A DNA stretch of 32,650 bases from Candidatus Komeilibacteria bacterium (GCA_030591905.1 JAUVAE010000002.1:1-32650), one strand, 5' to 3'; counted from the first letter of the stretch, positions 15,812 to 24,832 are shown. Numbers and translations are program-made. The notes: a model not told the origin generated them from the letters alone.

Positions 15812-16669
15812 ATGAATAAGCCACATAACTTTGATAATATTGACTGGTTTATTACTAGACTTTGTAATCAAAGGAAGAAGTGTAAATTTTGCTTTGCACC
15901 ATGGGATAGATTTCCGATAGACGCAACATATGAGCAGGCAAAGTTAATTTGTCAACGTTTAGCAGAGATAGGCATCAAGATAGTAACAATATGTGGAGGA
16001 GAACCTACCTTATATCCACATATATTTGAAACAATTCAATTGTTGTATCAATTGGGCTTGAAAGTTAATTTTTACTCAAATTTGGCAACTCAAAAAAATG
16101 TAGAAGTTGTTATGAGTATCTTACCTTTTATTGATATTCTATCTGTGCCCGTAGATGCGGTTACTCAAACGGCTATTTCTCAAATGAGAGGTAGAGATCA
16201 ATTCAAATCAGTTTGTAAGACATTAGATGATTTACAGTCCATAGAAACGAAACCGACTATTAAGATCGGTACAGTAGTAACTAAACAAAATATTAATGAT
16301 TTGAAAAATTTGTTTCTATTTTTGGAAAATTATCAAATAATTAATATTTGGAGAATATATCAATTTTCTCCTTATGGACAAGGTAAAAAATATGAGGATC
16401 TTTTCTTAGTAAGTGATGATGATTTTAACAGAGCTGTCTCAGCAGTAAAAAAAATGGCCCCAAATAAGCCAATTAATATCTCTGTTAGAAAAAGGTCTAA
16501 TAACATCGGCTATTGTCATATCATGGATTCACAAGGAGGATTATACAGGTATGAAGAGGAGTATATTGATTTAGGTGTTAATGTTTTTAATAAGCCTGAA
16601 GAGATAATTGTACATTATGATGAAAAGACTAATCGTTTACAAAAAAGATGGCAACGAAAAATATTTTAA
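15812..16669 (+). CDS. Radical SAM enzyme, viperin-like, with CX5CX2C cluster motif
   Basis: WFITRLCNQRKKCKFCF, ICGGEPTL, FYSN, IDILSVPVD, IKIGTVV, NIWRIYQF and VSDDDF blocks align collinearly by eye with viperin blocks FTRQCNYKCGFCF, FSGGEPFL, IVSN, LDILAISCD, FKINSVI, VRWKVFQ and IGDEEF. Strong RBS aggagg. Confidence 0.8.
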   Translation: MNKPHNFDNIDWFITRLCNQRKKCKFCFAPWDRFPIDATYEQAKLICQRLAEIGIKIVTICGGEPTLYPHIFETIQLLYQLGLKVNFYSNLATQKNVEVVMSILPFIDILSVPVDAVTQTAISQMRGRDQFKSVCKTLDDLQSIETKPTIKIGTVVTKQNINDLKNLFLFLENYQIINIWRIYQFSPYGQGKKYEDLFLVSDDDFNRAVSAVKKMAPNKPINISVRKRSNNIGYCHIMDSQGGLYRYEEEYIDLGVNVFNKPEEIIVHYDEKTNRLQKRWQRKIF

Positions 16670-16674
16670 TACGT

Positions 16675-16704
16675 ATGCACCAAAGTTATAAAACTTTGGT
16701 GCAT
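16675..16704. terminator. Bidirectional hairpin between convergent genes
   Basis: atgcaccaaagtt/aactttggtgcat arms with flanking T/A runs. Overlaps the 3' end of the Nudix gene. Confidence 0.55.
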
Positions 16705-17165
16705 TTTTTAATTGCTGCATAAATAACTGGATGGGTATTGTTTTTATTTAATTTGTTTATGTCTTGCCATTCCACGGTTTTTATCTCATCTCCATCGCAA
16801 GTATTTATAATATTTTTATTCTGTTTTTTGTTGATTAAAGCTCCTTTATAAACAATTATTAAAGAGTGATAAAATTTTTTGAAATGTTTATGATAAAAAT
16901 TTTGCTCTGCAAAATAAAAGGGCATTTTATCTTTTATTTTGATTTTATAACCTGTTTCTTCATAACATTCTCTTATAATGCCTTGAAAAATACTTTCATT
17001 CTTTTCAACTCCACCGCCCGGTAATTCATAAAGAGGACTCCATGTGGGCACTACTACTAAAATTTTTTTATTGTAAATAACCAAAGCATAAGCAGAAATA
17101 CGCCAGTATATTTGTCTGCCTTTTGGTAATTTATATTTTTTACCATTAGCATCTAAAAATATCAT
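16686..17165 (-). CDS. Nudix hydrolase
   Basis: Nudix box GGGVEKNESIFQGIIRECYEETGY (GX5EX7REUXEEXGU). Confidence 0.9.
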   Translation of the reverse strand: MIFLDANGKKYKLPKGRQIYWRISAYALVIYNKKILVVVPTWSPLYELPGGGVEKNESIFQGIIRECYEETGYKIKIKDKMPFYFAEQNFYHKHFKKFYHSLIIVYKGALINKKQNKNIINTCDGDEIKTVEWQDINKLNKNNTHPVIYAAIKKCTKVL

Positions 17166-17323
17166 AGATTTTTATTAACTTTAAATATATTTTAACACAA
17201 AATACATTGCTTTTATAATATTTAAATATATTTTTTAATGTTTTTTTGTTTAACTTGCCACGTTTATTATATAACGAATTTATTTATGTTATAATTAATA
17301 TACTTAAAAATAAAAATAATTTT

Positions 17324-19516
17324 ATGGAAAATTTTTCATCACAAAATAAGATCCCGTCCGCGGGAGAAAATCAGGAACAAATAAATAATACTAAACCTAA
17401 GAAAAGTATTATTAAGAGTATTAAAAAAATTCTAGTTAGCATTATAGTTTTGGCAATAATTGGATTTATAGGCTATGTTGCTTATAATTTATATTTTCAT
17501 AATGAATTTTTTAATCATCAAAATGTTCTCCAGTCCCGACCAGATACTAATGTATTAAAAAAAGATGAAGCTAAAAAAACAGCTAAAGTGAAAATAAACA
17601 AATTTAAATCAGAAAAAGAATTTAAAGAATATTTGGAAGAACTTGGGACAAATTCTCAATATGCTATGTATGGTTCTGGAGTTGGGATGAGAAATATAGC
17701 TGTTATGGATGAATCAGTAATGATGATTGAATCAGGCTCAATGATGAAGGGTGAATCTTTAGATATGGGGAGTGCTCCGCAGTCAGCAGGAGGTAGGGTT
17801 TCAGATACAAATGTGCAAGTTTTAGGAATTGATGAACCAGATATTGTTAAAACAGATGGAGAAGATATTTATTATGCTCAGAGTAGATATTATTATGGAT
17901 ATCGGGATTTTGGAATGCCTTATAATCAAAATGCCGAAGTTAAAATTATTAAAGCGTTTCCACCGTCAGAATTAAAAGAGATAACTAATATTGATAAGCA
18001 GGGAGATTTATTTTTGTATGAAGACACTCTAGTAATATTTTCCGGAAAAAATGTTTATGGTTATGATATTTCCAATTCTCAGAATCCCCAAGAAGAATGG
18101 AAACTTGAATTAGATGATAATAACTATTTGGTAGAAGCGCGGTTATATAAAGGGGATATATATTTAGTGACTAGAAGTAGAATTAATAGTTATCATCCTT
18201 GTCCTATTAAACCTTTTGTAATAGATGGAAATGATTTGGAAATAAGATGTGCTGATATTTATTATCCAAATATTCCGGTAGAAGTAGATTCTACATTTAT
18301 TGTTTTAAAATTAGATGCTGAATCAGGGGAAGTTAAAGACACAACTTCATTTGTTGGTTCATCTAATTCATCTATTACCTATATGTCTGAAAATGCTGTT
18401 TATATTACTTACTTTTACAATAAGAGTAGTTTAGAGTTTTTTTATAGCTTTTTAAGCGAAAAATGTTCTGATTTGGTGCCCAATACTTTAGTTACTAGTT
18501 TGAAGAAGTTAAATTCTTATGATATTAGTGATCAGGCCAAAATGATGGAAATGCAAATTTTATTAGAGAAATTTTATGCTAGTTTAGATAATGATGAAAG
18601 ACTAAGAATAGAGAATGAATTTTCTAATAGAATGGATGATTATCATCAGGAACATATTAGAGAATTAGAAAAAACTGGAATAGTTAAAATTGATTTAGAT
18701 AGTTTTAAAATAGATGCTAATGGTGAAGTTCCTGGTTATCCTTTAAATCAATTTGCTTTAGATGAGCATGAAGGTAATTTAAGAATAGCAGTTACCATTG
18801 GAGAGAGATCTGGTTTTGGTTTTGGTTTTAGTAGGGGAGAGAGCTTAAATGATGTTTATATCTTAGATAAGAATTTGAAAGAAGAAGGCTCGGTTCAGAA
18901 CTTGGGAGAAAACGAGAGAGTTTATTCAGTTAGATTTGTCGGAGACATGGCCTATGTGGTTACTTTTAGACAAATAGATCCATTTTATGTTTTAGATTTA
19001 TCTGACCCTTCTAATCCAGAATTAAAAGGTGAGTTAAAAATTCCAGGATATTCTTCATATCTTCATCCTGTTTCAGATGATATTATTTTAGGAATAGGTA
19101 AGGAAGGTTCCAAAGTAAAACTTTCTTTATTTGACGTGTCTAATCCATCAGATCCTCAAGAGGTAAGTAAATATATGTTGGATGAATATTGGTCAGAAGC
19201 AGTTAATAATCATCATGCTTTCTTATTAGATAAAAAACATGAAGTATTTTTTATCCCTGGTGGTAAAGGAGCTTATATATTTTCTTATGATAATGACAAG
19301 CTAACTTTAACAAAAGCTTTGAGCAAAACTGGAATTAAAAGAGCTCTTTATATAGATGATTACTTATATATCATTGGTAATAATGAAATAAGTGTTATTA
19401 ATGAGAATGATTGGACAGAGGTGAATAAGTTAGAATTAGAGGATGTAGATAATATTCGAGAGCCCATGATGGATGACATGAGAGACATAAAAGAAATACA
19501 AATATTTGCAGAGTAG
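17324..19516 (+). CDS. Secreted/anchored beta-propeller domain protein (Beta_propel family)
   Basis: N-terminal TM ILVSIIVLAIIGFIGYVAY. TNVQVLGIDEPDIVKTDGEDIYY. ERVYSVRFVGDMAYVVTFRQIDPFYVLDLSDPSNPELKGELKIPGYSSYLHP. ATG 17324 is preferred to the TTG at 17246. Confidence 0.85.
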   Translation: MENFSSQNKIPSAGENQEQINNTKPKKSIIKSIKKILVSIIVLAIIGFIGYVAYNLYFHNEFFNHQNVLQSRPDTNVLKKDEAKKTAKVKINKFKSEKEFKEYLEELGTNSQYAMYGSGVGMRNIAVMDESVMMIESGSMMKGESLDMGSAPQSAGGRVSDTNVQVLGIDEPDIVKTDGEDIYYAQSRYYYGYRDFGMPYNQNAEVKIIKAFPPSELKEITNIDKQGDLFLYEDTLVIFSGKNVYGYDISNSQNPQEEWKLELDDNNYLVEARLYKGDIYLVTRSRINSYHPCPIKPFVIDGNDLEIRCADIYYPNIPVEVDSTFIVLKLDAESGEVKDTTSFVGSSNSSITYMSENAVYITYFYNKSSLEFFYSFLSEKCSDLVPNTLVTSLKKLNSYDISDQAKMMEMQILLEKFYASLDNDERLRIENEFSNRMDDYHQEHIRELEKTGIVKIDLDSFKIDANGEVPGYPLNQFALDEHEGNLRIAVTIGERSGFGFGFSRGESLNDVYILDKNLKEEGSVQNLGENERVYSVRFVGDMAYVVTFRQIDPFYVLDLSDPSNPELKGELKIPGYSSYLHPVSDDIILGIGKEGSKVKLSLFDVSNPSDPQEVSKYMLDEYWSEAVNNHHAFLLDKKHEVFFIPGGKGAYIFSYDNDKLTLTKALSKTGIKRALYIDDYLYIIGNNEISVINENDWTEVNKLELEDVDNIREPMMDDMRDIKEIQIFAE

Positions 19517-19535
19517 TTTGATATAATTTTTTTAA

Positions 19536-19580
19536 CCCCGTAGAGGTGATTCATGAATCATCTCTACGGGGTTTTATCTT
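19536..19580 (+). terminator. 18-bp-stem hairpin terminator
   Basis: ccccgtagaggtgattca/tgaatcatctctacgggg (one G-T pair) followed by ttttatctt. Confidence 0.7.
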
Positions 19581-19661
19581 GACTTTTTATATAATTATAG
19601 CTATACTATTTGTAGTTAGTTAGATTTCTAGCTATACTTTTTTGTTATTTACTAAATAAAT

Positions 19662-19847
19662 ATGATTAAAAAATTTACAAAATATATTAAAGATTCTATT
19701 ACTGAGCTTAAGAAAGTTATCTGGCCTACTCGAAAAGAAGTTATTAAAAAGACTGGACAAGTTCTTTTTATTAGCATTTTCGTAGCTTTCTTTTTAGGTG
19801 TAGTAGATTTTGCTTTAACAAAAATTTTAGAAAAATTTGTTGGATAG
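19662..19847 (+). CDS. secE: Preprotein translocase subunit SecE
   Basis: 61 aa, ELKKVIWPTRKEVIKKT followed by a single TM. Located upstream of nusG. Confidence 0.9.
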   Translation: MIKKFTKYIKDSITELKKVIWPTRKEVIKKTGQVLFISIFVAFFLGVVDFALTKILEKFVG

Positions 19848-19858
19848 GAAATAGTTGT

Positions 19859-19877
19859 CTGCCTGCCGGTAGGCAGG
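19859..19877. repeat. CCTGCC..GGCAGG palindrome copy after secE
   Basis: ctgcctgccggtaggcagg, 12 nt after the stop codon. Confidence 0.8.
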
Positions 19878-20039
19878 AAAGTTGCAAGTTACAAGTTTTA
19901 AAGATAAATTAAAAATTAAAAATTTTGAATAACAAATTTTAAATAATAATCAATTTTCAAAATCTAATAATCAAAATGATATTTGGAATTTGAAATTTAT
20001 TTGTAATTTGAGATTTGATATTTGTAATTTAATAATATT

Positions 20040-20585
20040 ATGCCAAAGCAGGATGCTAAAATTGGTCGTAAATGGTATGTTTTACATACTTATTCTGGTT
20101 ATGACGAAAATGTGAAAAGAAATCTTGAACAAAGAGTTGAGTCAATGAATATGCAAGATTATCTTTTTGATGTTTTAATACCAACAGAGACTAAAATTAA
20201 GATTAAAAATGGTAAGAGAAAAACAGTCCGAGAAAAAATTTTTCCAGGTTATGTTTTAGTAAACATGGTAGTTACTGATGCCTCTTGGTATGTAGCTCGA
20301 AATACTCCTAATGTAACTGGTTTTATTGGTTCGGGTACAACTCCAGTTCCAATGTCTGAACAAGAAGTGAAGTCATTACAAAAGAGAATGGGTGTCGAAG
20401 AACCAGAATATAAAATTGATGTATCTAAAGGTGATGCAGTTAAAATAGTTGATGGACCATTTAAAGGTTTTGAAGGTAAAGTTGCTAGTATTGATGAAAG
20501 TCATGGTAAAGTAAAAGTATTAGTTTCTATGTTTGGTCGAGAAACTCCTGTAGAGTTAGATTTTTTACAAATTAAAAAAATATAG
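20040..20585 (+). CDS. nusG: Transcription termination/antitermination factor NusG
   Basis: NGN WYVLHTYSGYDENV, FPGYVLV. KOW GDAVKIVDGPFKGFEGKV. Confidence 0.95.
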   Translation: MPKQDAKIGRKWYVLHTYSGYDENVKRNLEQRVESMNMQDYLFDVLIPTETKIKIKNGKRKTVREKIFPGYVLVNMVVTDASWYVARNTPNVTGFIGSGTTPVPMSEQEVKSLQKRMGVEEPEYKIDVSKGDAVKIVDGPFKGFEGKVASIDESHGKVKVLVSMFGRETPVELDFLQIKKI

Positions 20586-20649
20586 TTTGAATTCTTAATT
20601 ATTAATTTTGAATTTCAATTTAATATTTAATTAATAATTTTAAAACAAA

Positions 20650-21045
20650 ATGAAAAGCGATTTAAAAAAGTCTTATGACTTGGAAGATAGAACTTGTCAA
20701 TTTGGAGAAAAAATTATAGATCTTTGTAAATCAATTAAACAGGATTTAATATCTAGACCAATAATCAGTCAATTAGTAAGATCAGGAACTAGTGTTGGAG
20801 CTAATTATTTAGAAGCGAACGGAGCGAGTTCAAAGAAAGATTTTAGACATAAGATATATATTTGCAAAAAGGAAATTCAAGAAACAAAGCATTGGTTAAT
20901 AATGATAGAAAGATATAGACCAGAATTAAAAAATAAAGTAGAGTTGTTACGAAAGGAAACCCAAGAATTAATATTGATATTTGGTAAAATAGCTTCTACT
21001 CTACAAAATGATAAATTAAACATTAAAAATTCTAATTTAAATTAA
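20650..21045 (+). CDS. Four-helix-bundle protein (23S rRNA intervening-sequence protein family)
   Basis: QLVRSGTSVGANYLEANGASSKKDFRHKIYICKKEIQETKHWL matches the family signature. Confidence 0.85.
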   Translation: MKSDLKKSYDLEDRTCQFGEKIIDLCKSIKQDLISRPIISQLVRSGTSVGANYLEANGASSKKDFRHKIYICKKEIQETKHWLIMIERYRPELKNKVELLRKETQELILIFGKIASTLQNDKLNIKNSNLN

Positions 21046-21079
21046 AATTTGAAATTAGAGATTAAACATTCACAACATT

Positions 21080-21502
21080 ATGGCTAAAAAAGTAAAAACA
21101 ATTATAAAATTACAAATACAAGGTGGTAAAGCAAATCCAGCACCACCAGTTGGTCCAGCTTTAGGTCAACACGGATTAGATATTCAAGGTTTTTGTACAA
21201 GATTTAATGATGCTACTAAAGATAGAATGGGAGAAGTTATTCCAGTAGTGATTACTGTTTTTGAAGATGCAAGTTTTGATTTTATATTAAAAACTCCCCC
21301 AGCTTCAGATTTATTAAAAAAAGCAGCTGGTATTAAAAAAGGTGCTGGAAATCCTTTATTGGATACAGTAGCTACTATTACTAAATCTCAGCTTAAAGAA
21401 ATTGCTGAAAAGAAAATGCCTGATTTAAATGCTTATGACGTTGAAGCAGCAATGAAAATTATTGCTGGAACTGCTAGACAAATGGGAATAAAGATTAAAT
21501 AA
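21080..21502 (+). CDS. rplK: 50S ribosomal protein L11
   Basis: [24 protein letters not shown]... Confidence 0.97.
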   Translation: MAKKVKTIIKLQIQGGKANPAPPVGPALGQHGLDIQGFCTRFNDATKDRMGEVIPVVITVFEDASFDFILKTPPASDLLKKAAGIKKGAGNPLLDTVATITKSQLKEIAEKKMPDLNAYDVEAAMKIIAGTARQMGIKIK

Positions 21503-21609
21503 TTTATTTCATAAATTATTTAAAATTTTTAATTTTTAATTTTTAATTTTAATTAAATGTTTAATGATTGAATTTTAAATTAATTTTAAATTTTGAAAAA
21601 AATAAAATT

Positions 21610-22533
21610 ATGAATACAAAAAATAGTGCTAAAATTACTTTCTTTTATTTATTATCATTGTTTGGTTTAGTATTTGCTGCTTTAACAAGTGGAATGATAC
21701 TATTTCAAGTAATTAATAAATTAATTCCAGATGTAGTTGGTACCTATAGTGGAAGATATTCTACTAGCCAATTAAGATTTGCTATTTCAGCGGTAATTGT
21801 AGCTTCTCCAGTTTATTTTTGGATGACTTCATTAATTCAAAAAAGTTTGAAAAAAGGAGAATTAGACAAAGAATCTCAATTAAGGAAGTGGATGACTTAT
21901 ATTATTATTCTTGTTTCCGCAATAGTTATTATTGTTTCTTTAATTGGTGTTGTTAATAATTATTTAAGCGGAGATTTAACATCTAAAGTTGGATTGAAAT
22001 TATTAATTACTATGTTAATTTCTGGAGCAGTTCTTTCATATTATTTGTATGATATTAAAAGAGAGGATTTTGCTAAAAATAAAATTATTAAATCATATTT
22101 TATCGGATCATTAATTTTTGTTTTATTTACTTTGATTTTTGGTTTTGTAATTGCTGATTCACCGGTTCAAGTCAGAAAGATGAAACATGATACTAATATT
22201 TTAAGAGATTTTAATGAGATTAGATATGGTATTGATGAACATGTTAGAAATAATGACGTTTTACCAGAAAATTTGAGTGATATGAGACGTTCTGTAAGAA
22301 CTGATGGAAATATTAGTGATTATGAATATAGAATCATTAGTGAAGATAAATATGAGTTATGTGCTAATTTTGAAACTAATAATAAAGACAACCTTTCAAT
22401 AGATGATGATTATTTAAATAAGGAATGGCCACATGAGATTGGTTATCAATGTTTTCAAGAGAAAAGTCGAATAGAAAAAAATGGAATAATTCATCCAGAA
22501 TTAGAAATGATACCATTAAAAGAAATAGATTAA
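21610..22533 (+). CDS. Multi-pass membrane protein (DUF5671-like N-terminus) with soluble C-terminal domain
   Basis: Five hydrophobic helices starting ITFFYLLSLFGLVFAALTSGMILF. C-terminal domain with YELCANF. ATG 21610 is preferred over the TTG at 21568. Confidence 0.75.
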   Translation: MNTKNSAKITFFYLLSLFGLVFAALTSGMILFQVINKLIPDVVGTYSGRYSTSQLRFAISAVIVASPVYFWMTSLIQKSLKKGELDKESQLRKWMTYIIILVSAIVIIVSLIGVVNNYLSGDLTSKVGLKLLITMLISGAVLSYYLYDIKREDFAKNKIIKSYFIGSLIFVLFTLIFGFVIADSPVQVRKMKHDTNILRDFNEIRYGIDEHVRNNDVLPENLSDMRRSVRTDGNISDYEYRIISEDKYELCANFETNNKDNLSIDDDYLNKEWPHEIGYQCFQEKSRIEKNGIIHPELEMIPLKEID

Positions 22534-22544
22534 AAATTAATCGA

Positions 22545-22604
22545 GGGATCCTTCTACATTCTTCTTCGCCAGTTGGCGAATCAGAATTTCGAAGGACAAG
22601 GCCC
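22545..22604 (+). promoter_or_regulatory. Structured GC-rich leader upstream of rplA (possible L1 autoregulatory site)
   Basis: Nested helices ccttc/gaagg (22550-54 / 22591-95), attct/agaat (22558-62 / 22583-87), ttcgcc-agtt-ggcgaa (22565-22580). ggg (22545-47) can pair with ccc (22602-04). Confidence 0.3.
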
Positions 22605-22680
22605 TATATAAATTTAAAATTATTAATGATTGAGGCAGCGTTTTTTAAATGCACTATGACCTCAAAAGGGAGATAAAAAT

Positions 22681-23358
22681 ATGTCAAAACAGTCAAAGAG
22701 ATTTAAAGAATTAGATGCTAAGGTAGACAAGAATAAAGTTTATCAATTAGAAGAAGCAGTAAAATTAGTAAAAGAAACTTCTAATGTTAAATTTGATGCT
22801 TCAGTTGAAATTCATATGAATTTAGGAATTGATCCTAAAAAAGGAGATCAAATTATTAGATCAACAGTTACCTTGCCAAATGGAAGTGGTAAGGAAAAGA
22901 AAATTGCTGCTTTTACTTCAAAAATTGATGAAGCAAAAAAAGCAGGAGCAAGTATTGCTGGTGACGATGATTTAATTGCTAAGATTAAAAAAACAGGTAA
23001 ATGTGACTTTGATGTTGCTGTAGCCACACCAGATATGATGCCTAAGATTGCTCAGATAGCCAAAATTTTAGGACAAAAGGGTCTAATGCCTAATCCTAAA
23101 TCAGGAACAATTGGTCCTAATATTACCAAGATGATTGAAGAACTTAAAAAAGGCAAAGAAACATTTAAAAATGATGATTCCGGAAATGTTCATTTAATTG
23201 TTGGTAAAGTTAGTTTTGAAGAAGCTAAATTAATGGAAAATATTACTAGTTTTGTAGAAGCTGTTAAAAAAGTAAAACCAAGTTCAGTTAAAGGAACTTA
23301 TATTAAAGGTATTTCTATATCTTCTAGTATGGGACCGGGTATAAAAATTAGTTTGTAA
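22681..23358 (+). CDS. rplA: 50S ribosomal protein L1
   Basis: KRFKEL...FDASVEIHMNLGIDPKKGDQIIRSTVTLPNG, GQKGLMPNPKSGT. Confidence 0.97.
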   Translation: MSKQSKRFKELDAKVDKNKVYQLEEAVKLVKETSNVKFDASVEIHMNLGIDPKKGDQIIRSTVTLPNGSGKEKKIAAFTSKIDEAKKAGASIAGDDDLIAKIKKTGKCDFDVAVATPDMMPKIAQIAKILGQKGLMPNPKSGTIGPNITKMIEELKKGKETFKNDDSGNVHLIVGKVSFEEAKLMENITSFVEAVKKVKPSSVKGTYIKGISISSSMGPGIKISL

Positions 23359-23369
23359 AAGATATAAGC

Positions 23370-23413
23370 TACCTGCCTGCCGGCCTGTCTGCCGATAGGC
23401 AGGTAGGCAGGTA
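23370..23413. repeat. Doubled CCTGCC..GGCAGG palindrome
   Basis: tacctgcctgccggcctgtctgccgataggcaggtaggcaggta, a long imperfect palindrome 12 nt after the rplA stop. Confidence 0.8.
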
Positions 23414-23424
23414 AGCCATAAAAG

Positions 23425-23455
23425 AACGTCGGATCTAATCTGGCGTTTTTGTTTT
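23425..23455 (+). terminator. rplA terminator
   Basis: aacgtcggat-cta-atctggcgtt stem (two G-T pairs) followed by tttttgtttt. Confidence 0.65.
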
Positions 23456-23476
23456 ATTTTTGCTATCGTTAAATAA

Positions 23477-24751
23477 ATGAAATTAAAGAAACTTCCTAAA
23501 ATTGATAAGAGAATTTTAATTGGATCAGGCGCTATAATGTTAGCGGCTTTATTTTGGAGTTTGGACGGAGTTTTTATTAGACCTAATTTTTATATTTTAC
23601 CAGCCGCTTTAGTTGTCTTTTTAGAACATTTATTTGGATTCATAGTTTTGAGTCCTTTTTTATTTTTAAATTGGTATAAGGTTAAAAAATTAAGTAAAAA
23701 ATCTTGGTTGGCTATTTTATGGGTTTGTGTTTTTGGTGGTTTATTAGGAACTTTAATGATTACTAAAGCATTTTTTGCGGCCATGGATGGAGAAACTACT
23801 TTTTCCACAGTAATAATTTTACAGAAATTGCAACCAATTTTTGCTTTAATATTAGCCAGAGTTATTTTAAAAGAAAAATTGAGTAAGAAATTTTATCTTT
23901 GGGCATTCTTAGCTATTATAGCCGCTTATTTTTTAGCATTTGGTCATATTAATATATTAGAAATTAATATATTAGATAATGCTGCTATTTTTGCTCTAGT
24001 TGCTGCTTTTGCATTTGGTTCATCAACTGTATTTGGAAAGAGAATTGTAAATCATTTAGATTTTAAGATGACTGCGGCTTTAAGATTTGGAATAACTGGT
24101 ATTTTAGCTTTAATTTTAATATTGTTCACTGGTGATATTTTTAAAATTGGTTTAGTGACTCCTTTACAATGGAAATTATTAGTAGTTATAGTTTTTACTA
24201 GTGGAGCTAGTGCTATGTTTTTTTATTATTTTGGTTTAAAAAGGGTTAGTGCTTCTACTGCTACGATCTGCGAATTATTTTGGCCCTTTTCAGCAGTAAT
24301 TTTAGATTATATTTTAAATAAAAATGTATTGAATAGTATTCAAATAGTTTCAGCAATTATTTTATTAATTGCTTTTTATTACGCAGTAAAAGAGGGTAAA
24401 ATGAAAAATAAAATTTTTGAGGCTAAAGTTATTTGGGGTGATGGTCGGGGGAGAAAACTTGGTTTCCCAACTGCTAATTTAGACGTAGTGGATTTGGATA
24501 TTAATCACGGTGTTTATTTAGTAAATGTATCTATTGGTAAGGAAAAGCATGAAGGATTATTACATTTTGGATATAAAGAAACTTTTCATGAAGAAACATC
24601 AGCAGAGGTTTTTATAAAAAATTTCAATAGAAAAATTTATAAAGAAAATATTAAAATTGAAATAGTTTCTAGAATAAGAGAGATTAAGAAATTTAAGAAT
24701 GGTAATGAATTAAGAAAACAGATTAAGAAAGATTTAGAGTATATTGCTTAG
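23477..24751 (+). CDS. EamA/DMT-family transporter fused to a riboflavin kinase domain
   Basis: About 10 TM helices (residues 1 to about 305), then KVIWGDGRGRKLGFPTANL...GVYLV...EVFI.NF...IY......EIVSRIREIKKF....ELRKQIKKD (RibF C-terminal-type flavokinase). No stop between the domains. Internal ATG 24401 is preceded by gaggg. Confidence 0.8.
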   Translation: MKLKKLPKIDKRILIGSGAIMLAALFWSLDGVFIRPNFYILPAALVVFLEHLFGFIVLSPFLFLNWYKVKKLSKKSWLAILWVCVFGGLLGTLMITKAFFAAMDGETTFSTVIILQKLQPIFALILARVILKEKLSKKFYLWAFLAIIAAYFLAFGHINILEINILDNAAIFALVAAFAFGSSTVFGKRIVNHLDFKMTAALRFGITGILALILILFTGDIFKIGLVTPLQWKLLVVIVFTSGASAMFFYYFGLKRVSASTATICELFWPFSAVILDYILNKNVLNSIQIVSAIILLIAFYYAVKEGKMKNKIFEAKVIWGDGRGRKLGFPTANLDVVDLDINHGVYLVNVSIGKEKHEGLLHFGYKETFHEETSAEVFIKNFNRKIYKENIKIEIVSRIREIKKFKNGNELRKQIKKDLEYIA

Positions 24752-24832
24752 TCATTTTAAAAAAAAGCATAGTTTGCTTCTGAGATGAAATCTTGATAAA
24801 ATACTATCACCTTTATTAATAATTTTAATAAT

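Noticed and set aside
19360-19554. 64-aa minus-strand ORF
   Set aside because: Starts inside the terminator palindrome and runs antisense to the beta-propeller gene.
22449-22676. 75-aa plus-strand ORF across the rplA leader
   Set aside because: Overlaps the end of the membrane protein gene in another frame and spans the structured leader. No RBS.
23590-23808. 72-aa minus-strand ORF inside the transporter gene
   Set aside because: Antisense to a multi-TM CDS; chance ORF.
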